Below are positions 44,802 through 58,106 of a DNA stretch of 64,000 bases, piece by piece. The position numbers and the translations under genes are program-made. Position 1 is the stretch's first letter, and the number at the start of each line of letters is the position of its first letter. The notes under the pieces were generated by a model that was not told where the DNA came from, did no database searches, and worked only from the letters and a program-made list of their open reading frames with translations. The DNA comes from Flectonema sp. DT1601 (taxonomy: Eukaryota), in NCBI GenBank assembly GCA_964019425.1, contig OZ025798.1:1178001-1242000 (forward strand), in the 5' to 3' direction.

Positions 44802-47073
44802 CAGTCTTATTAAAAAGAAAAAAAAAAGCTTTCACCAGTATGACAGAAAAAAAACAACAGCAAGGCTCCAAAAAGGGAAGACAGTAAACGTCTTCTCGTT
44901 CCTCATTAAAAAAAAGAAATCGAATATTATTTTTTGTGGCTGGGGCCTGCTCGTTCTGTTAAGTGGTCTGATAGCAGATTTACTAAAGCCCATTAAGGTT
45001 TTTATTGTTCTATTTACTTTATTAATTTTCGTATATGTAACGGCTTTATACTTTAGAGCTGCGAAGCTTAACCGAATGCGCGACAATCTGTCTTTTTACT
45101 CTCGCAGCATTTTGGTATGCAAAAAAAAAAAAAAAAAAAAATCATAAAAATAATATGTAAGTTTATATTTATCGCTCGATCTGTCTACCCTTGCTTCTTT
45201 TTTCCCCCTTTTTTTTTTTTCCCCTTCCCATTTTCTCTTCAACTGTATTATTCTGGTCGTGTGTTTTGTGCACTAGGTTTAAAGGAACGAAAATTATTAT
45301 AAGGTCGAACCTTTTAAGACTTGTATCGGCTGCTTACTAACTCACCAGCGCAGGCAGTTTTGTACGATGCAAGTATTTTGTTCTATAATGGCTGTGGTGA
45401 AATGAACTTGTACGACATTTCTCTATACACGGCGGGAGTTTTCCTTTTAAAACTATCTTCTTTGCGCAAAGGTCTAGTGCACGTGACTTATCGATCAATA
45501 TTTGAACCCCTTCCTTCCAGTCCCACCCAACACACGAAGTGAAAATAACGAAAAAGAATGAAGAAGAAGAAGAAAATCTAATCAAACGTATTCTTGTTTA
45601 AATTATTTCGTACATGTTAATGAGTCTGTTCGTATCTGAGCCGACTAGAGTGAGTGAAAACAAAATTAGATTGTAGAATCAAAAGAAAATGATTGATTAA
45701 ATGATTCTTCGTAACACCAGAAGGATACATTTATTCAGCAACCCCCGACCACTGTGTTCTGAAAATCACCCAGTAATAGAGTTCCCTGTTCACATAAGCC
45801 CACTGAGAGGTAGTGGTGCATTTGCTGTCCGATGAGTAAAAAGAAAAAAAGAAAAAAGTTTGCCGATGTGCGTGTTACCAAGCTTGTTATGTGACAAGAG
45901 CTGTGTCATGTTGTTGAATCTCACTCACCGATACAACAGGTAGAACGATTTTTTTTTTTTTTTTTTTCTAAAAAAAAAAAAAAAGATAGTTGGGCATTTA
46001 AAACAAACGAGTTCGTTCGTTTCTTTTATTAATTTAATTATTTTTGTACTGGTTCGCTCTGTGACTGGCCATCTTAAGGCTGCCTATCTTTAAAAACTTA
46101 TGTCTTTTTTGTGTAATTTCTCATTCCTTCTGACTGTTTCATTCGTTTTACGCACGGTACCACTCTTTTGGTGGACACACGGGTTCGGGAAATTTCTTTT
46201 ATCCGACGGTAAGGATTGTTGTTAGGGTGGTGAAGGGCTGCTGATACTGGAAAGAAAATAAATAAGAAACTTGCCCCCCTTTTTTTTCCCCCGTTCCTTT
46301 TTGAAATAGTATAAAGAACAAGAAGGAAACAAACATCAACAGCTCTTAATGCTTCACAAGGTACGAGAAAAGACCATAGTAGTCATTATTCACATCCCTA
46401 GTTGTGGTGTGATGCTGTCGTTGTTTGTGATGTCAAAAACAAGAAAGAAGAAGAAAAAACTAGTGTAGCTGAAGAAAAAGACGGGAGATTTAAGCAAAAA
46501 GAAAATAAACAGAAGTCTGTTGCCAAGTATATCTGTGGCAAGTATGTTACTTAGAAGAGAGAGTGATAGTAAAATATGATTGTCGGTTGGAACTGGCATT
46601 GCCTTCCAACTGCTTTCCGTGCCTTTTGTGCTTACCTTGTTTTTATCACCCGTCCATTCCCAGCAGGAGTCGAGTTGTAAATTTGGGATTTTCCCTTTTA
46701 ATTTACCCGACTACTGACCAGTCTGCGATCTTTCCTTTTCCTTCCCCTCATCCAAAACCTTCCGCTCGTTCACACCCCAACTTCCATTTTTTTTATTTCG
46801 TTATGATGTTCCGCAGATGTGAGTGAGTGAGACTTCTAATTTTAATTTATTCGTTTCATCAGTCGAATCAAAATATGAGTTGAAGTTAACAACAATACGA
46901 CTTCTTTAATTATTTAATATTTAAAAATTACCTTTTTGAATTCATATCAGTCAACCCAATAAACCAATATAATGTTTTATAAACATTTCTGATGTCGTGA
47001 GAATCCGTTGAAGTAGTCGGTGCTCCGAGAGATAATTTCACAATAGTGTTACTGCTTGTGAACAAGTGAAACA

Positions 47074-48477
47074 ATGGCGAAAGCCGCTGTTGACGGGCTG
47101 AAGGCACTGATGAGACTTGCGGCTTTGAGTAAAGCACCAGCAACACAATGGTTAGATATTGATGGGGAAGTTGAACGCGAAAGAGCAAATAAACGTGCCT
47201 CGAAAAGGAAGTTAAAAAAAGGAAAGAGTAAATATAAATCACCTTTTATTAGAAGTACTCCTTATGTCAGTAAACAAACCCCCAGTACAAGTGTAGTACC
47301 AATTACCATCGCCGCTGCAATATGCTGCTGGTATTTCTCATCTGATGGCGACGCACAGCTGCTCGGAGTGACTGAAAGAAAGGATTCAGAAAAAGAACAG
47401 CGAAACGATAAAGGATCAACGAATTCATTAAGACACAAATCATCATCAAGAGTGATGTCTAGCAGTCGGTTGTTCAAGAGATCTTCGAAAAGGTTGATTC
47501 CTCGCTGCTTTAGTTCGGTTGTGTCAAAGGTTTCTGTCGATGTTCCAGAAGAACCCAAACCGAAAGGAAACGAACGGCGAAGTAATCGGCTGACCTTTCC
47601 GAACTATAAAAGAGTTCTGCTACAGATATCGAATTCAAAAAGTAGTTCTGGGGGTGATATTTCTGATATGCTTTACTCAGCAGCTCAGACCTTTGTACCT
47701 AAAGGGATGGAGTATCGTGATATTACGAAAGTCACAAAGAAATCCCCTCGGAAACCTACTCCACCACCTGCTCCAATACAACCCCGACCATCGCGACAGA
47801 TTCTGGGACTTGGAACAGTATTACAACCTCACGAGGATATGAAGACTTGTGAGAGATATGATACGAATTGTAGTTTACCGACACTAAAAATGTCTCTGGT
47901 GTCTACACTTGACGCTGATACCTGTTGTACAGAAACTTCTGCACCATTGAAATTAAAAACTGTTCGATTCCGTAATTTCTCAACGGGAAGTGTTGGTACT
48001 TCAGAAGGAGACTTTGTATCTGAAGTAGACAACAGCAGTGTAGTAGTCGATTCGAATTGTAATATTGTATTTGACGGAACAATTAGTAAAGACAATAGCT
48101 CACTCGCACCAGTCTGCAATGATGCTCCTGACCTTACAGACTTCGATGATTTCTCGGAATCTGATTTAATTAGAAACGAGTCCCAACTTCAGTCTCATCA
48201 CAGACATCTAATTGACTTATCGGTAAAAGAACAATTCATAAATAGTAATCAATCAGCTGTTGAAAGGAATCGTGAGATTGCTGAACTGATGTCTTCACTC
48301 AGCGGTGGGACTCATGATGTCACTTCTTTAGTTAATTTTAATAATTTTAAACCAAACTTTTCTTTGGGAGCACAAATTCAAAATGTTATCACCAATGAAC
48401 TTGAAGGAAAAGTTATTCAAGTTCGAAGCCCTCATCAGCATCATTTAGTATCTCGTAGCAAACAGCGAATCTACTAA
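47074..48477 (+). CDS. Hypothetical Ser-rich, largely disordered protein
   Basis: 467-aa ORF on the cluster strand; no recognisable domain. Confidence 0.6.
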   Translation: MAKAAVDGLKALMRLAALSKAPATQWLDIDGEVERERANKRASKRKLKKGKSKYKSPFIRSTPYVSKQTPSTSVVPITIAAAICCWYFSSDGDAQLLGVTERKDSEKEQRNDKGSTNSLRHKSSSRVMSSSRLFKRSSKRLIPRCFSSVVSKVSVDVPEEPKPKGNERRSNRLTFPNYKRVLLQISNSKSSSGGDISDMLYSAAQTFVPKGMEYRDITKVTKKSPRKPTPPPAPIQPRPSRQILGLGTVLQPHEDMKTCERYDTNCSLPTLKMSLVSTLDADTCCTETSAPLKLKTVRFRNFSTGSVGTSEGDFVSEVDNSSVVVDSNCNIVFDGTISKDNSSLAPVCNDAPDLTDFDDFSESDLIRNESQLQSHHRHLIDLSVKEQFINSNQSAVERNREIAELMSSLSGGTHDVTSLVNFNNFKPNFSLGAQIQNVITNELEGKVIQVRSPHQHHLVSRSKQRIY

Positions 48478-48697
48478 AATTTAATTCTGTTTATATTATT
48501 TATGTTTCGTTGTTTTTTAAGGTAAACAAATAATCCACATTCTTGTGGCTAATTTTAACCAATGCAATCGTGTGTATTCTTAATTTTACTTAATAACTCC
48601 GACAGCTTAACATGAACCTGTTTGAAGTGTTGTCAACTAACAGTTGAGAGTCTTCAATAATCTTTTTTATTTTACTTTACAGGAGTAAGGGAAACGA

Positions 48698-49441
48698 ATG
48701 GGATGCGGCGCCTCGCTTGAAGTTAGCATTCGAGGTGATGCTTTGACATGGGTAAGTGACAATACTAATGATATTATATTACATCCACTTGGTCAGGGAG
48801 TAGCTGAATCCTTTAAAGAATTAATTATTTGGGGAATGGAATTCTTTAAGAAAGCCTTAAAACACAAGAAGAGGTATCCTTCTTACGAAATTCATGAGAT
48901 TCCAGGACGACAGGTTGTAACGATCGACTGCAATGAGAGGGACCCAATTTTAAAAAAGAATTATGATATTTTATTAAACCAAGCTGTTACTATTCTACGA
49001 GATAGTTTTGAGGCAGATGACTGTGAGCAATTGTGGAAAATGGCTTCCTTTAAATCATCAAGTCTCAGACTAAACTACTACACTAAAGAAGGATCAACAT
49101 GTCCACCTCATACAGATACGGCTTTTGTAACTTTATTAGCTGACAGTTGTGGAGGTCTTCAAATTTACGATCGCGACCTGAAGATTTGGGCTGATGTTCC
49201 ACATGGTCACGTTACTGCTTTTCCAGGGAGATTTCTTTATTGTTTGACTGACGGGAAATCATCTAGACCTACCCTTCATCGCGTGATTAGTTCTAAAGAA
49301 AGGATTTCAGTTTCATTCTTCTTGCGACCTGATGAAGATGCTCCACTAACCATTCCTCGAACAGATGGTATTGTTACAACATATGCTGAAATTAATAAGT
49401 CAAGAAGGTTTCCTGACCCATGGGAAGAATTAACAAAATAG
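48698..49441 (+). CDS. 2-oxoglutarate/Fe(II) dioxygenase (IPNS/DIOX-like) with MGCGAS N-terminus
   Basis: LRLNYY, HTD, GGLQI, PTLHRV, RISVSFF (HxD...H...RxS). Confidence 0.85.
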   Translation: MGCGASLEVSIRGDALTWVSDNTNDIILHPLGQGVAESFKELIIWGMEFFKKALKHKKRYPSYEIHEIPGRQVVTIDCNERDPILKKNYDILLNQAVTILRDSFEADDCEQLWKMASFKSSSLRLNYYTKEGSTCPPHTDTAFVTLLADSCGGLQIYDRDLKIWADVPHGHVTAFPGRFLYCLTDGKSSRPTLHRVISSKERISVSFFLRPDEDAPLTIPRTDGIVTTYAEINKSRRFPDPWEELTK

Positions 49442-52400
49442 TCGATAAAAAGTCTCTTGATGATTAAAATACGACGAGAGGCCCCCCCTTCGTGGGAGAC
49501 TGTTTTAATGTACGAGGGTGCTTCAGTTGACTGCACGTCCTTTCTGCACTTTCCAACTATGACGCAATCCACAAATGTAACTAAAATAATATTCTGGAGA
49601 GCTGCTCATGAAACATTTCACGCAGCGGTGGGTATAAAAAAAACAAGAGCTATTTGTCTTTGAGAATTCTTTTACTTTCGATGGTGTTCATTGTAAGAAT
49701 TTTTGCTCTGAGATATGAGGGTGGCCTTGGTCGTCTTTTGCTCGAAATCCGATGATTTTATTTTATTATGTGGCTCCTTATATTGCTCGACGTCTTGTGT
49801 CTTTGTGGAGTTTTTTTTTTTATTCGTTCATTTTTTTTTTTTTTTTTTTTTGGGAAAAAAAAAAAAAAGAATAAAAATAGTATGGTACTCTTAAATAGTA
49901 ATTGTAGGGTTTTGTTGATAACAATGACATTTGGCATGCCAATTTTTCTGTTCTTTTATTTAAATATGAATATGAATGACAACTCATGATAGGAGAAAGG
50001 CCTTCGACCTGCTGGCAATCGAGTAGCAATATTGAAATCAAAGAAAAAAAAAATAAAAAAATAAAAAAGAAGAAGAAAAAACAAAACACTTCTAATTTCA
50101 ACCATTTTTTTTCTGGTGATATTAATTACCTAATAACATGATTTAATTATTTTTTCCTGTTTTTTTCCTATTTTAAAAAAAAAAAAAAAAAAAAAATGAT
50201 GTTTTTTCATTTATAAATCTGTTAACTCTCTTTAGTGAGACAATGCAAGTCTGCAATATTATTCTATACAGGCTCACTTTACTTAATAAGTCAGCCAGTA
50301 TTATTAACAAGGAAAGATTACAACGTGAAATTTATATTTATATTTGTTCTACTTTAACTTCCATTTGATATGTCAAAAAGAAAAAAATAATTCTCAACTA
50401 CTCTCTTCTATTATTTCCAATTGTTGTCTATTGCGGAAGAGGTTGGAATCGTGTAAAACCCCCCCATTTTTTAGCCCCCTTTTTTAAGTAAAAACCGGAT
50501 TAACGGTTCGTGCACAAACAAATCGCTTTATTAATTTTCATCCCGTTGGAAGTTAGTAGGTCAGTGAGTGTTCCAAAACTGACGTACTCTGACCTAGTTG
50601 GCTGTAGCCTGTTGCCTGTTACGGGATTGGTCTTGGTGAAGGCAGTCAGTTATGAACTGAACTGCCTTTACTACAATCATGTCTCATTTCTATTTTTTTT
50701 TTTTAGTTTTTAAAAAAACTTGCCGAAACAATCAATGCTGGCCATTCCTTTTTAAGGACGTTCAAATAGAACGCAATAATGTCACCTGCTCAACGAGCCC
50801 TCTCTCACCCAGTCAAGTTTTTCGTTTGACTGCTATTTCGGTAGAGACGAAAGGATGCTCGTCTTTAATAAGAAGACGAAGCACTCGACTACCTTAAGAC
50901 TTCATATTAAGATTACTCTGTCATGATCTCTCAGGGTTTCCTGTTTAGGCTGGCTATAATCGAACGTTGGTATTTCGCTGCGTAGTGTTTTGTTGTTTTT
51001 GGTCTTTTTTTTTTTTTTTTTTTTTTTTTTTTCCTTTTTAAAAATAATTTAACCTTTTGTGATGCATTCGTATCTTTTTGAGGAAGACCCGCATGTTTAG
51101 ATTTTATCATCATTGAGCTTGGGATTATTAGACAACAATTGTCAATATGTTTTAGTACCAGCTACATCGTGTATTCGACGATACGATCCAACTACTTTCA
51201 TTTATAGCGGTAGGTCATTAAGATGAGTATTTCCCAATTGACTGGTGTGGACAAAACCGACTGTCTCATCTGTTTGTGTGCACCGTCTTCTCTTCTTGTT
51301 TGGTATCGTGAGTATTGACAGTATTGCTGATCCAATTCTGGTATTTTTGTTAACTTGAAACAAAGCCACACGTACAAGTTAAAAACCATAACTTAACCTG
51401 TCATTGTACGAAATGTTACAACTTGTACAGGCTTAGAGATGTACAGTAAGACTTCTTTTCTTTCCGGTAGTTGTTTCGGCTACTTTGGTTGTGTAGTCAT
51501 CTCTTTGAAGTAGTTATAAAATTTGTTGATATGTGGGAACAAAAACTTTTTCAAAAGAATAAAACCATTTCTGAATCACTCGAGAGAGTGATACTCAGAT
51601 CCTCTTTAGTGATCACGTGTATACTGCACGTGAATCCAAATACCTTTTTGTGTTGTTTTCGTGTCTTCTTATTTGTTCTTATTTGCTTTCTCGCCTAGAG
51701 CCTGTATATGTTGTTTGAAGCACGAAACTAACCCTGTCGACCATCCAAGTAGTGAGTAATCCTGCTAATAGATTACTGGCTATGTTGTCGTTTTATCTTA
51801 TTTTTCCTTTTTATATTATCATATGAGTGTAGTGACCTTTCATCAATGTTGTTCCATGTTCTAAAGCATTGCAAGAAAAAAAAGTTAGATAAGCGAGCAT
51901 TCAAACAGTTGGTAATTCTCTAGACTGTGGGGATGTCGCGTTTGTTTTATTTCTTTTTTATTTTATTTTCTTTTACATCATCTCTGAACCGTATAATAAA
52001 TAAATATATACATATTCTCTCGACTCCTCACAAGACCAGTACCATATTCCTATTCCTTTTTTGCAATCTGTTTTTTTCGTTACATGACCTCTGTGTCTTA
52101 CTTTCCCCTCAACGATATTACAGTTGCATTAGGTTCGGAGTTCTTACAATCAACAAGCAGGCATCAATCAAGAATGTTCTATTTACAACTGTTTTATCTC
52201 TTTTTTTTTTAATCTCCTCATGTCAGATGATAAGTCTTTTTGTTACTGCTATTAAATAATTTATTTTCCAGTATTGGGAGAATCTTGTGTTGAATAGCAA
52301 AAGTGTAGAATGTATTATTTTTGTGAAGTCATTGAAGGCAGTTTGAAACACAAACTCGACGTGGATAACATTTGCTGGTCCATCTGCTGAGTCTCATTCC

Positions 52401-53047
52401 TTACTTTTCTTCTACAAAAAAAAAAAAAAAAAATCGTGTTATTTTATTTTTTTTACTGGTAATAAAAAAAAAAGAAAAAAAAGAAGAACATCTTTGAAAT
52501 GGAAAAAATCTTTTTAAAAAAAATAGAGAAATAGAGATGTTGGATAATTGTTCGACGATTGTCAACAAGAGGAATGCCTCAAATGCGGCTTTTCACCGGC
52601 GTCACCCACTTTGTGTTGAAACTGACGAATCTTAAAGTTTATTGCAGCTTTTTAGTTCTCAAATTTTAATACTTAGGTGTGGTTTACACAATCACAAGGA
52701 CTCATTTCTCTTTACTTGTACTTATGCTAATCTTAGAGAAGTAAGAATAAAATAAGTTCTTGTGTCTGTGTTGGTGACGCTCAGTTCGATTCTCATTTCT
52801 GTCTTTTATTTACGTCTTCGTGTAACCATTTAGTTTGTTTGTTAATCTTCTTTCGTGACTTACAAATATACTACTCAATCACAGGATAGAATTATTATAC
52901 TGAGGGGGGTGAGCTGTACTTCTTAGCTTAGCTTTTGTTATTGTTATTATTATTATTATTTTTTTTTTTCACCCCAGCGAAAGTCCGGCTAACTCTAGTT
53001 TTCCGTTTTTCTCATCTACACTAATAAGAATAAGTAAAAAGAATACA

Positions 53048-53854
53048 ATGTCAGATGATCAAATATCGCAGGACTTCCGACTCGCAAAGCAACTTGCCGG
53101 AGCACGCCCTCCAGATTTCCAGGGAACATTAAAGAAAAAAGGAGTAACTCCAGGGTGGTCAGAACGTTACTTCCGACTCTTCGGAAACAAATTAATTTAT
53201 TATAAAAATGATCAGTTCGTTGGAAATATCAATTTAACTAATTCCGGGGGAAGGTTACTCGAAGAGGGAAAGTTTGCTCTCTCAGGACCCTACATGAAAA
53301 GAGAATTCAAACTCGATGCTACAACACCTGCTAACCGCACAAAGTGGTTAAGTAAATTGAGTAATAGTGGTGTTGAGATTCCGGGCTTCGCCAAGAAGGC
53401 AAGTCCTGAGAAGAAAGCGCGAGAGCAGTGGAGTTGCTCGATGTGTACTCTGGTGAATGCTGGAACTAATAATAGATGTGAAGTATGCGGATCGCATTAC
53501 ACTTCCAGAGTCCAAACAAATGTTGTTGATGGGCAAGACGCCTTAATGAAACAAATTCAAGACCAGAAACCATCTGAAGACCAGCAGCCACAACAGTCTG
53601 TGCCGCAACAAGTTCAGCAGCCTCCACCAGCTGCACCTGCCCCGGTTGCCGTAGAACCGATTCCGGTGGTGGCTGCACCTGCGCCGGTTGCTGTAGAACC
53701 GATTCCAGTGGTGGCTGCACCTGTTCAGCAACCAGCTGCTGTTTACGTTCCTCAAAGTGAAGTACAACAACAGACCTCAACTGTTCCCCAGCTCACACAG
53801 GAACCTCTTCTAACAGTTGCCACAGATATGGGAGACATCCCAATGGCTTGTTAG
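53048..53854 (+). CDS. PH domain plus RanBP2-type zinc finger protein
   Basis: GTLKKKG...WSERYFRL...KWLSKL (PH); WSCSMCTLVN...RCEVC; 42-bp repeat encoding AAPAPVAVEPIPVV twice. Confidence 0.85.
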   Translation: MSDDQISQDFRLAKQLAGARPPDFQGTLKKKGVTPGWSERYFRLFGNKLIYYKNDQFVGNINLTNSGGRLLEEGKFALSGPYMKREFKLDATTPANRTKWLSKLSNSGVEIPGFAKKASPEKKAREQWSCSMCTLVNAGTNNRCEVCGSHYTSRVQTNVVDGQDALMKQIQDQKPSEDQQPQQSVPQQVQQPPPAAPAPVAVEPIPVVAAPAPVAVEPIPVVAAPVQQPAAVYVPQSEVQQQTSTVPQLTQEPLLTVATDMGDIPMAC

Positions 53855-55601
53855 ATGTTTTTAGGTCATCACTTTGAGGATCTGAACATTCAATTATCTG
53901 ACTGAAACATACCCGACGTAACTATATCACGTTAAAAACTTATAGAGAGCAGTGTACAACTGAATACTGCAGTCGTGTAACACAAGCAGCCATTCAGAAA
54001 ACTCGTGAAGTGTATCTCAATGTGCTCTAAGGGTTACACTTTTTATTAATCATTACAGTTCACTGAGTGGTAATTCATTTAAGGAGATTCTGTTTTATAA
54101 AACATGTAATCTGCTTGCGATCGATAAACGTTCTTTCCCTTCTGTGGCTGCAATAATTTCTTTCGTTTTGTTTGCAGCAAATGTTGTTCGGGCAGAACAT
54201 GAAATTGGATAGCACCGACACTTTCCAAACAGACAGAAAACATTGCAGCTACTAACCGAAGTCAACTGCCTTGACAATTGAGCAGCTCTAAAGTTGTCTT
54301 CATCTGATCATGTGAAAACAGTTGCACTTCTTCGCCTTTGGTGGCTTCTTCACTACTTGTGTGTTACCTTTACTACTTATTATCCCATTTACGTGTTACT
54401 TTTGCCGCTTTGTGAGTGTTCTTGAGTTCCTGTTTTTGCATTTTGCCAGAGCACAATCGTAGGAATGTGATAACACTCGTTGGGGGGCGTGACCTAGAAT
54501 TACCAGATTTAATGGTCAATAAGATAAAAAATATGTTTGTTATTTTTTTTCTTAACGTATCTTTTCTTTTATCTTTTTTCTGATTAACAACCACCAAAAG
54601 TATTTCTTTTCAGTCGAGTGCTTGATATTAATTTTGTTTTATTAATACCTTTACTGTTTTTTATATTAAAGTTTCACCCCCCAGGTTTTGGCTGAACCCA
54701 TATTTTAGTGGTTTCTATAATATCAGGTAACTACCCTGGGAGTCCCCCAGATCTTACCGAACCGTTTAGGTGCAGCAGATGTACTGACTGCAAGAGATAT
54801 TGATGACGGCTGCTGTTGGATTTTATACCTTCAGTCCTACGCTCATCTATTGTTAGAAAAATACTTTTCTTTTTTTAGAAGACGGGGCGCATCTGCTCGA
54901 TACGATTTCTCACATAATGCCGACAGTGCAGTCGCATGTCAGTCGTAGGCGCCTTTAATTGGTTAGTTTTCTTTTCCAGATTGTCACCCAATCTAATTAG
55001 TTAAGTAATGTGTTAGAGACCTTGCCTTTCTATCCCCATCACGAGGAATTACATTATTTCTTTCCTCTTTTGTGATTTCATCTTTGGCTTTGATCATTTT
55101 TTTCCTTTTTTTGTATAGCCAGCTGGTTTAATTGCCCGCGAAGCTTTTTTCTTTGGCCTACTTTCATCCCTCACTCCATCAGAACTAAGAACGTGACGAA
55201 TAAAAGTTGGTTTGCCTTTAGTTACTTTTCTTTTTTTTTTTTTTTTGGTGTATTGTTGTTTTTTGTGATTACAACTAGTGGTTGGGAAATCTTGTGCCTA
55301 GACAGTAGTTGATTAATCTAATTTTTGTTTTTTTCTTTTAGTTATTTGGTAGTAATATTTTATAACTGTTAACTTAGCTGTTCTGTTTTTTACTCTGTTG
55401 GTTAAACTCAGAAAGTTCTGTTCCTTACCAAAGAATCAGTTTGGGAAAACAAAAGTGAATTGTCTTTAGAAGTTTTTCTGTGCAGTTTCCCGTCCGCTTC
55501 CCCAACAGTAGTAACTAAGTGTTCATACATAATATTAGTACCTTTTGAGGGTATTTATTATATTAATTACCTACACAGATTTCAACAAAAGACAAATAAA
55601 A

Positions 55602-56678
55602 ATGAAGACCTATACCGATGACGAACTTCGTGACTATGAGAATGCTGAACGCCTTGCAGAGTCATCCTTGGGAGGTAGTGACGAGGAATCACTTTTAATG
55701 TCTCTGGCACGGGGAGCTGAATATCCATCGCAGTGTACTAGTGATGAGACTTATGACGTCCCTGAGGCATACTACAGTGTTGGTGATCTTTATTTTGAGG
55801 AAGAGATTCCTGAAATGGTTTGCAAAAAATTAGACGTCGTGTTCTCCGACTTGCTCAACAACGGAGCGACATTTGAACAAACTCTTTACGACATCGAAGA
55901 TGTTTTATTAGAATACCCAGAAGCTGACCTGAGCAGTTGGATGAGACTGACGAGTATAGTCTTTCAAAGATATCTTCACAATCAGTTGAATAACAGAAAA
56001 CAATTATCACCAAATCCTCCTCCTCCAAAGCGCCTTCTCCACAGACGTGAATTCTCTGTTGGCATTATTGAAACTTCGGACATGTTATACAATTCTGACT
56101 CCGATGAAGAAGACGAAAATCCCGTCGTCTTGAGAGAGGCTGGTCCCTGGCTGGAGGTCGAATGTACGAAGGGAATTTATTATTTCAACAACGATGACGG
56201 GACATCTCAGTGGTCTATTGTTGGCACAGCTTTTCTACCACAAGAAGAGGACGACGAGGATTTACCGATGCCGAATGAAATGTCCGAAACAGTTGATATT
56301 TGCAGAAACAATGAAATTGAGGAGCCTCTCAACACAGATGCAGACCATAATGATAGCGAGGGAGAAGAGCTTAAAGAAGTTGCAGATGTAGGCAACTCGT
56401 CGCAGAAGAAGAGATGGAAGAAGAAGAATGCAGAAAAGGTCCGCGAGATGCGCAAGGCTCAGAAGAAAAGAAGAAAGGAGAGATTGAGAAAGGAGGAAAC
56501 TTTAGGCGTTGAGCATCTCAAGGAAGAAGAGGTTGTTGCTGTCGTAAACGATGATGCCGTACAAACGACTGTCGACTTGCTTGCTGCGAAGATCGAGGAG
56601 TTGCAGTTGGAAATGAAGTTTGATAGACAGCCAGCAGTGATTACTTCTGATGCCGATCGTATGATGCGACTCATGTAG
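55602..56678 (+). CDS. Acidic WW-domain protein
   Basis: GPWLEVECTKGIYYFNNDDGTSQW; basic NLS-like segment; ATG 55602. Confidence 0.7.
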   Translation: MKTYTDDELRDYENAERLAESSLGGSDEESLLMSLARGAEYPSQCTSDETYDVPEAYYSVGDLYFEEEIPEMVCKKLDVVFSDLLNNGATFEQTLYDIEDVLLEYPEADLSSWMRLTSIVFQRYLHNQLNNRKQLSPNPPPPKRLLHRREFSVGIIETSDMLYNSDSDEEDENPVVLREAGPWLEVECTKGIYYFNNDDGTSQWSIVGTAFLPQEEDDEDLPMPNEMSETVDICRNNEIEEPLNTDADHNDSEGEELKEVADVGNSSQKKRWKKKNAEKVREMRKAQKKRRKERLRKEETLGVEHLKEEEVVAVVNDDAVQTTVDLLAAKIEELQLEMKFDRQPAVITSDADRMMRLM

Positions 56679-58106
56679 TCAGCTAGTGGTTCTCTTTACT
56701 ACTTCGAAGAGGGGGAATAGAAGTTTTTAATTAATGAATCTAGATTTGAATGAACCGCAACCTTATCACACCTCTCTCCACCACCAGACGTAGTTCTGGT
56801 ACTCGTGATGGAAGATAATATGTGTGACGAGCAGCGGTAAGTTGGATTAGGCGACCAAACAAAAACACATTGTAACCCTCTCCCAGTAATTAACCCCCAG
56901 TTGTATAGCCAACTCTAAATAGTGGCGATATCATTCTTGTTAAACAGGGCAAGGAATTGACTTCACTGTAGTAGTTGAACTGCTATGAGTAATCAGTTCG
57001 TTCGTGGCTTGTTATCAACATTGTTGTCGTCACAATTTTTTTTGTATGTAGTTGTAGAAAAGTTTGCTTTAGTTGTAATTTTTTTCTCTTGTTTTTTTTT
57101 TTTTTGCGAAATTTCGTCAAGGTGCTCATCACCCATGACCGTTTATTCAAACTCTTATTGTACAGGTTTGCCCTTGTTAATTTCTTGCTGTTCTACTTTT
57201 GCTGTTCGCTAACTTCTTCACTGTTTGGTAATGACCTTTCAGTTTAACAGAGTTTGTGTTGCTCTGGAGTTGGTCCGGCTTCCTTGTCTTTTAAAAGGTG
57301 AATTTCCTTTGGTGCTACCAGTTGGAAAAATGGTACAAAAAAAAAAAAAAAAAAAAAATCCAAATAAAGGCAATTTTAGTGCTCACCATTTGAGTCTCCC
57401 TCCCTCCATTAGATAATTCCCATCCTCTCTGAGGCGACCATTGTCGTCTATGTGTTTTGTGGTTTTGTTTTTTTTGAATTCCCTTTTCCGGATGAGTTAT
57501 GTTTTTGTGGTACGCTGTTACTTGTTAGTACCTTAGAGAGATGCTCAAGTCCGTGTTGTTAAAGTATTCCTCTCAATCTTTTTTTTTTTTTTTGTCTTCC
57601 CATTTTAAGAGAAGAGTTTCTCTTGTTTTCGGCCCTTCGAGTCCGTCATACTAAACAGCAGTCAGTAATTAGCTATTGTTTATAACGCGGTATCTCGATT
57701 GTAAACGTTTATTTGTTTAGATTTTTTGGTCAGGTTTGGCTGCTACGGTAGTAAGTTAGTTCGATGGTTCCTTCAACTAGCTGTCAGCTGCTTATGTTCA
57801 GCTCAGGGGAATCATATTAACTAACCCGATAGATGATACTTGACTTCCATGAATAGACTTTATAAAGCTTTTTGTATGTACACCTCCTTTTATGTTATTG
57901 TCCCACCTGACTCCCAAACTTTCATAAGAAAGTTATTTCTAACTGGTTGGATATGATTTGTCTTCGGTAATTTCCTGCTTACAGTTCTCAACATAAGATG
58001 TTATGGAAGAGGTCAGGTAACCCTTCGGTAGTTAAATAAGATTTCTTATTGATTGTTTGATTCACTATAATGACATTTCTTTTCAGTTTTTATTTATCTC
58101 ATCAAA

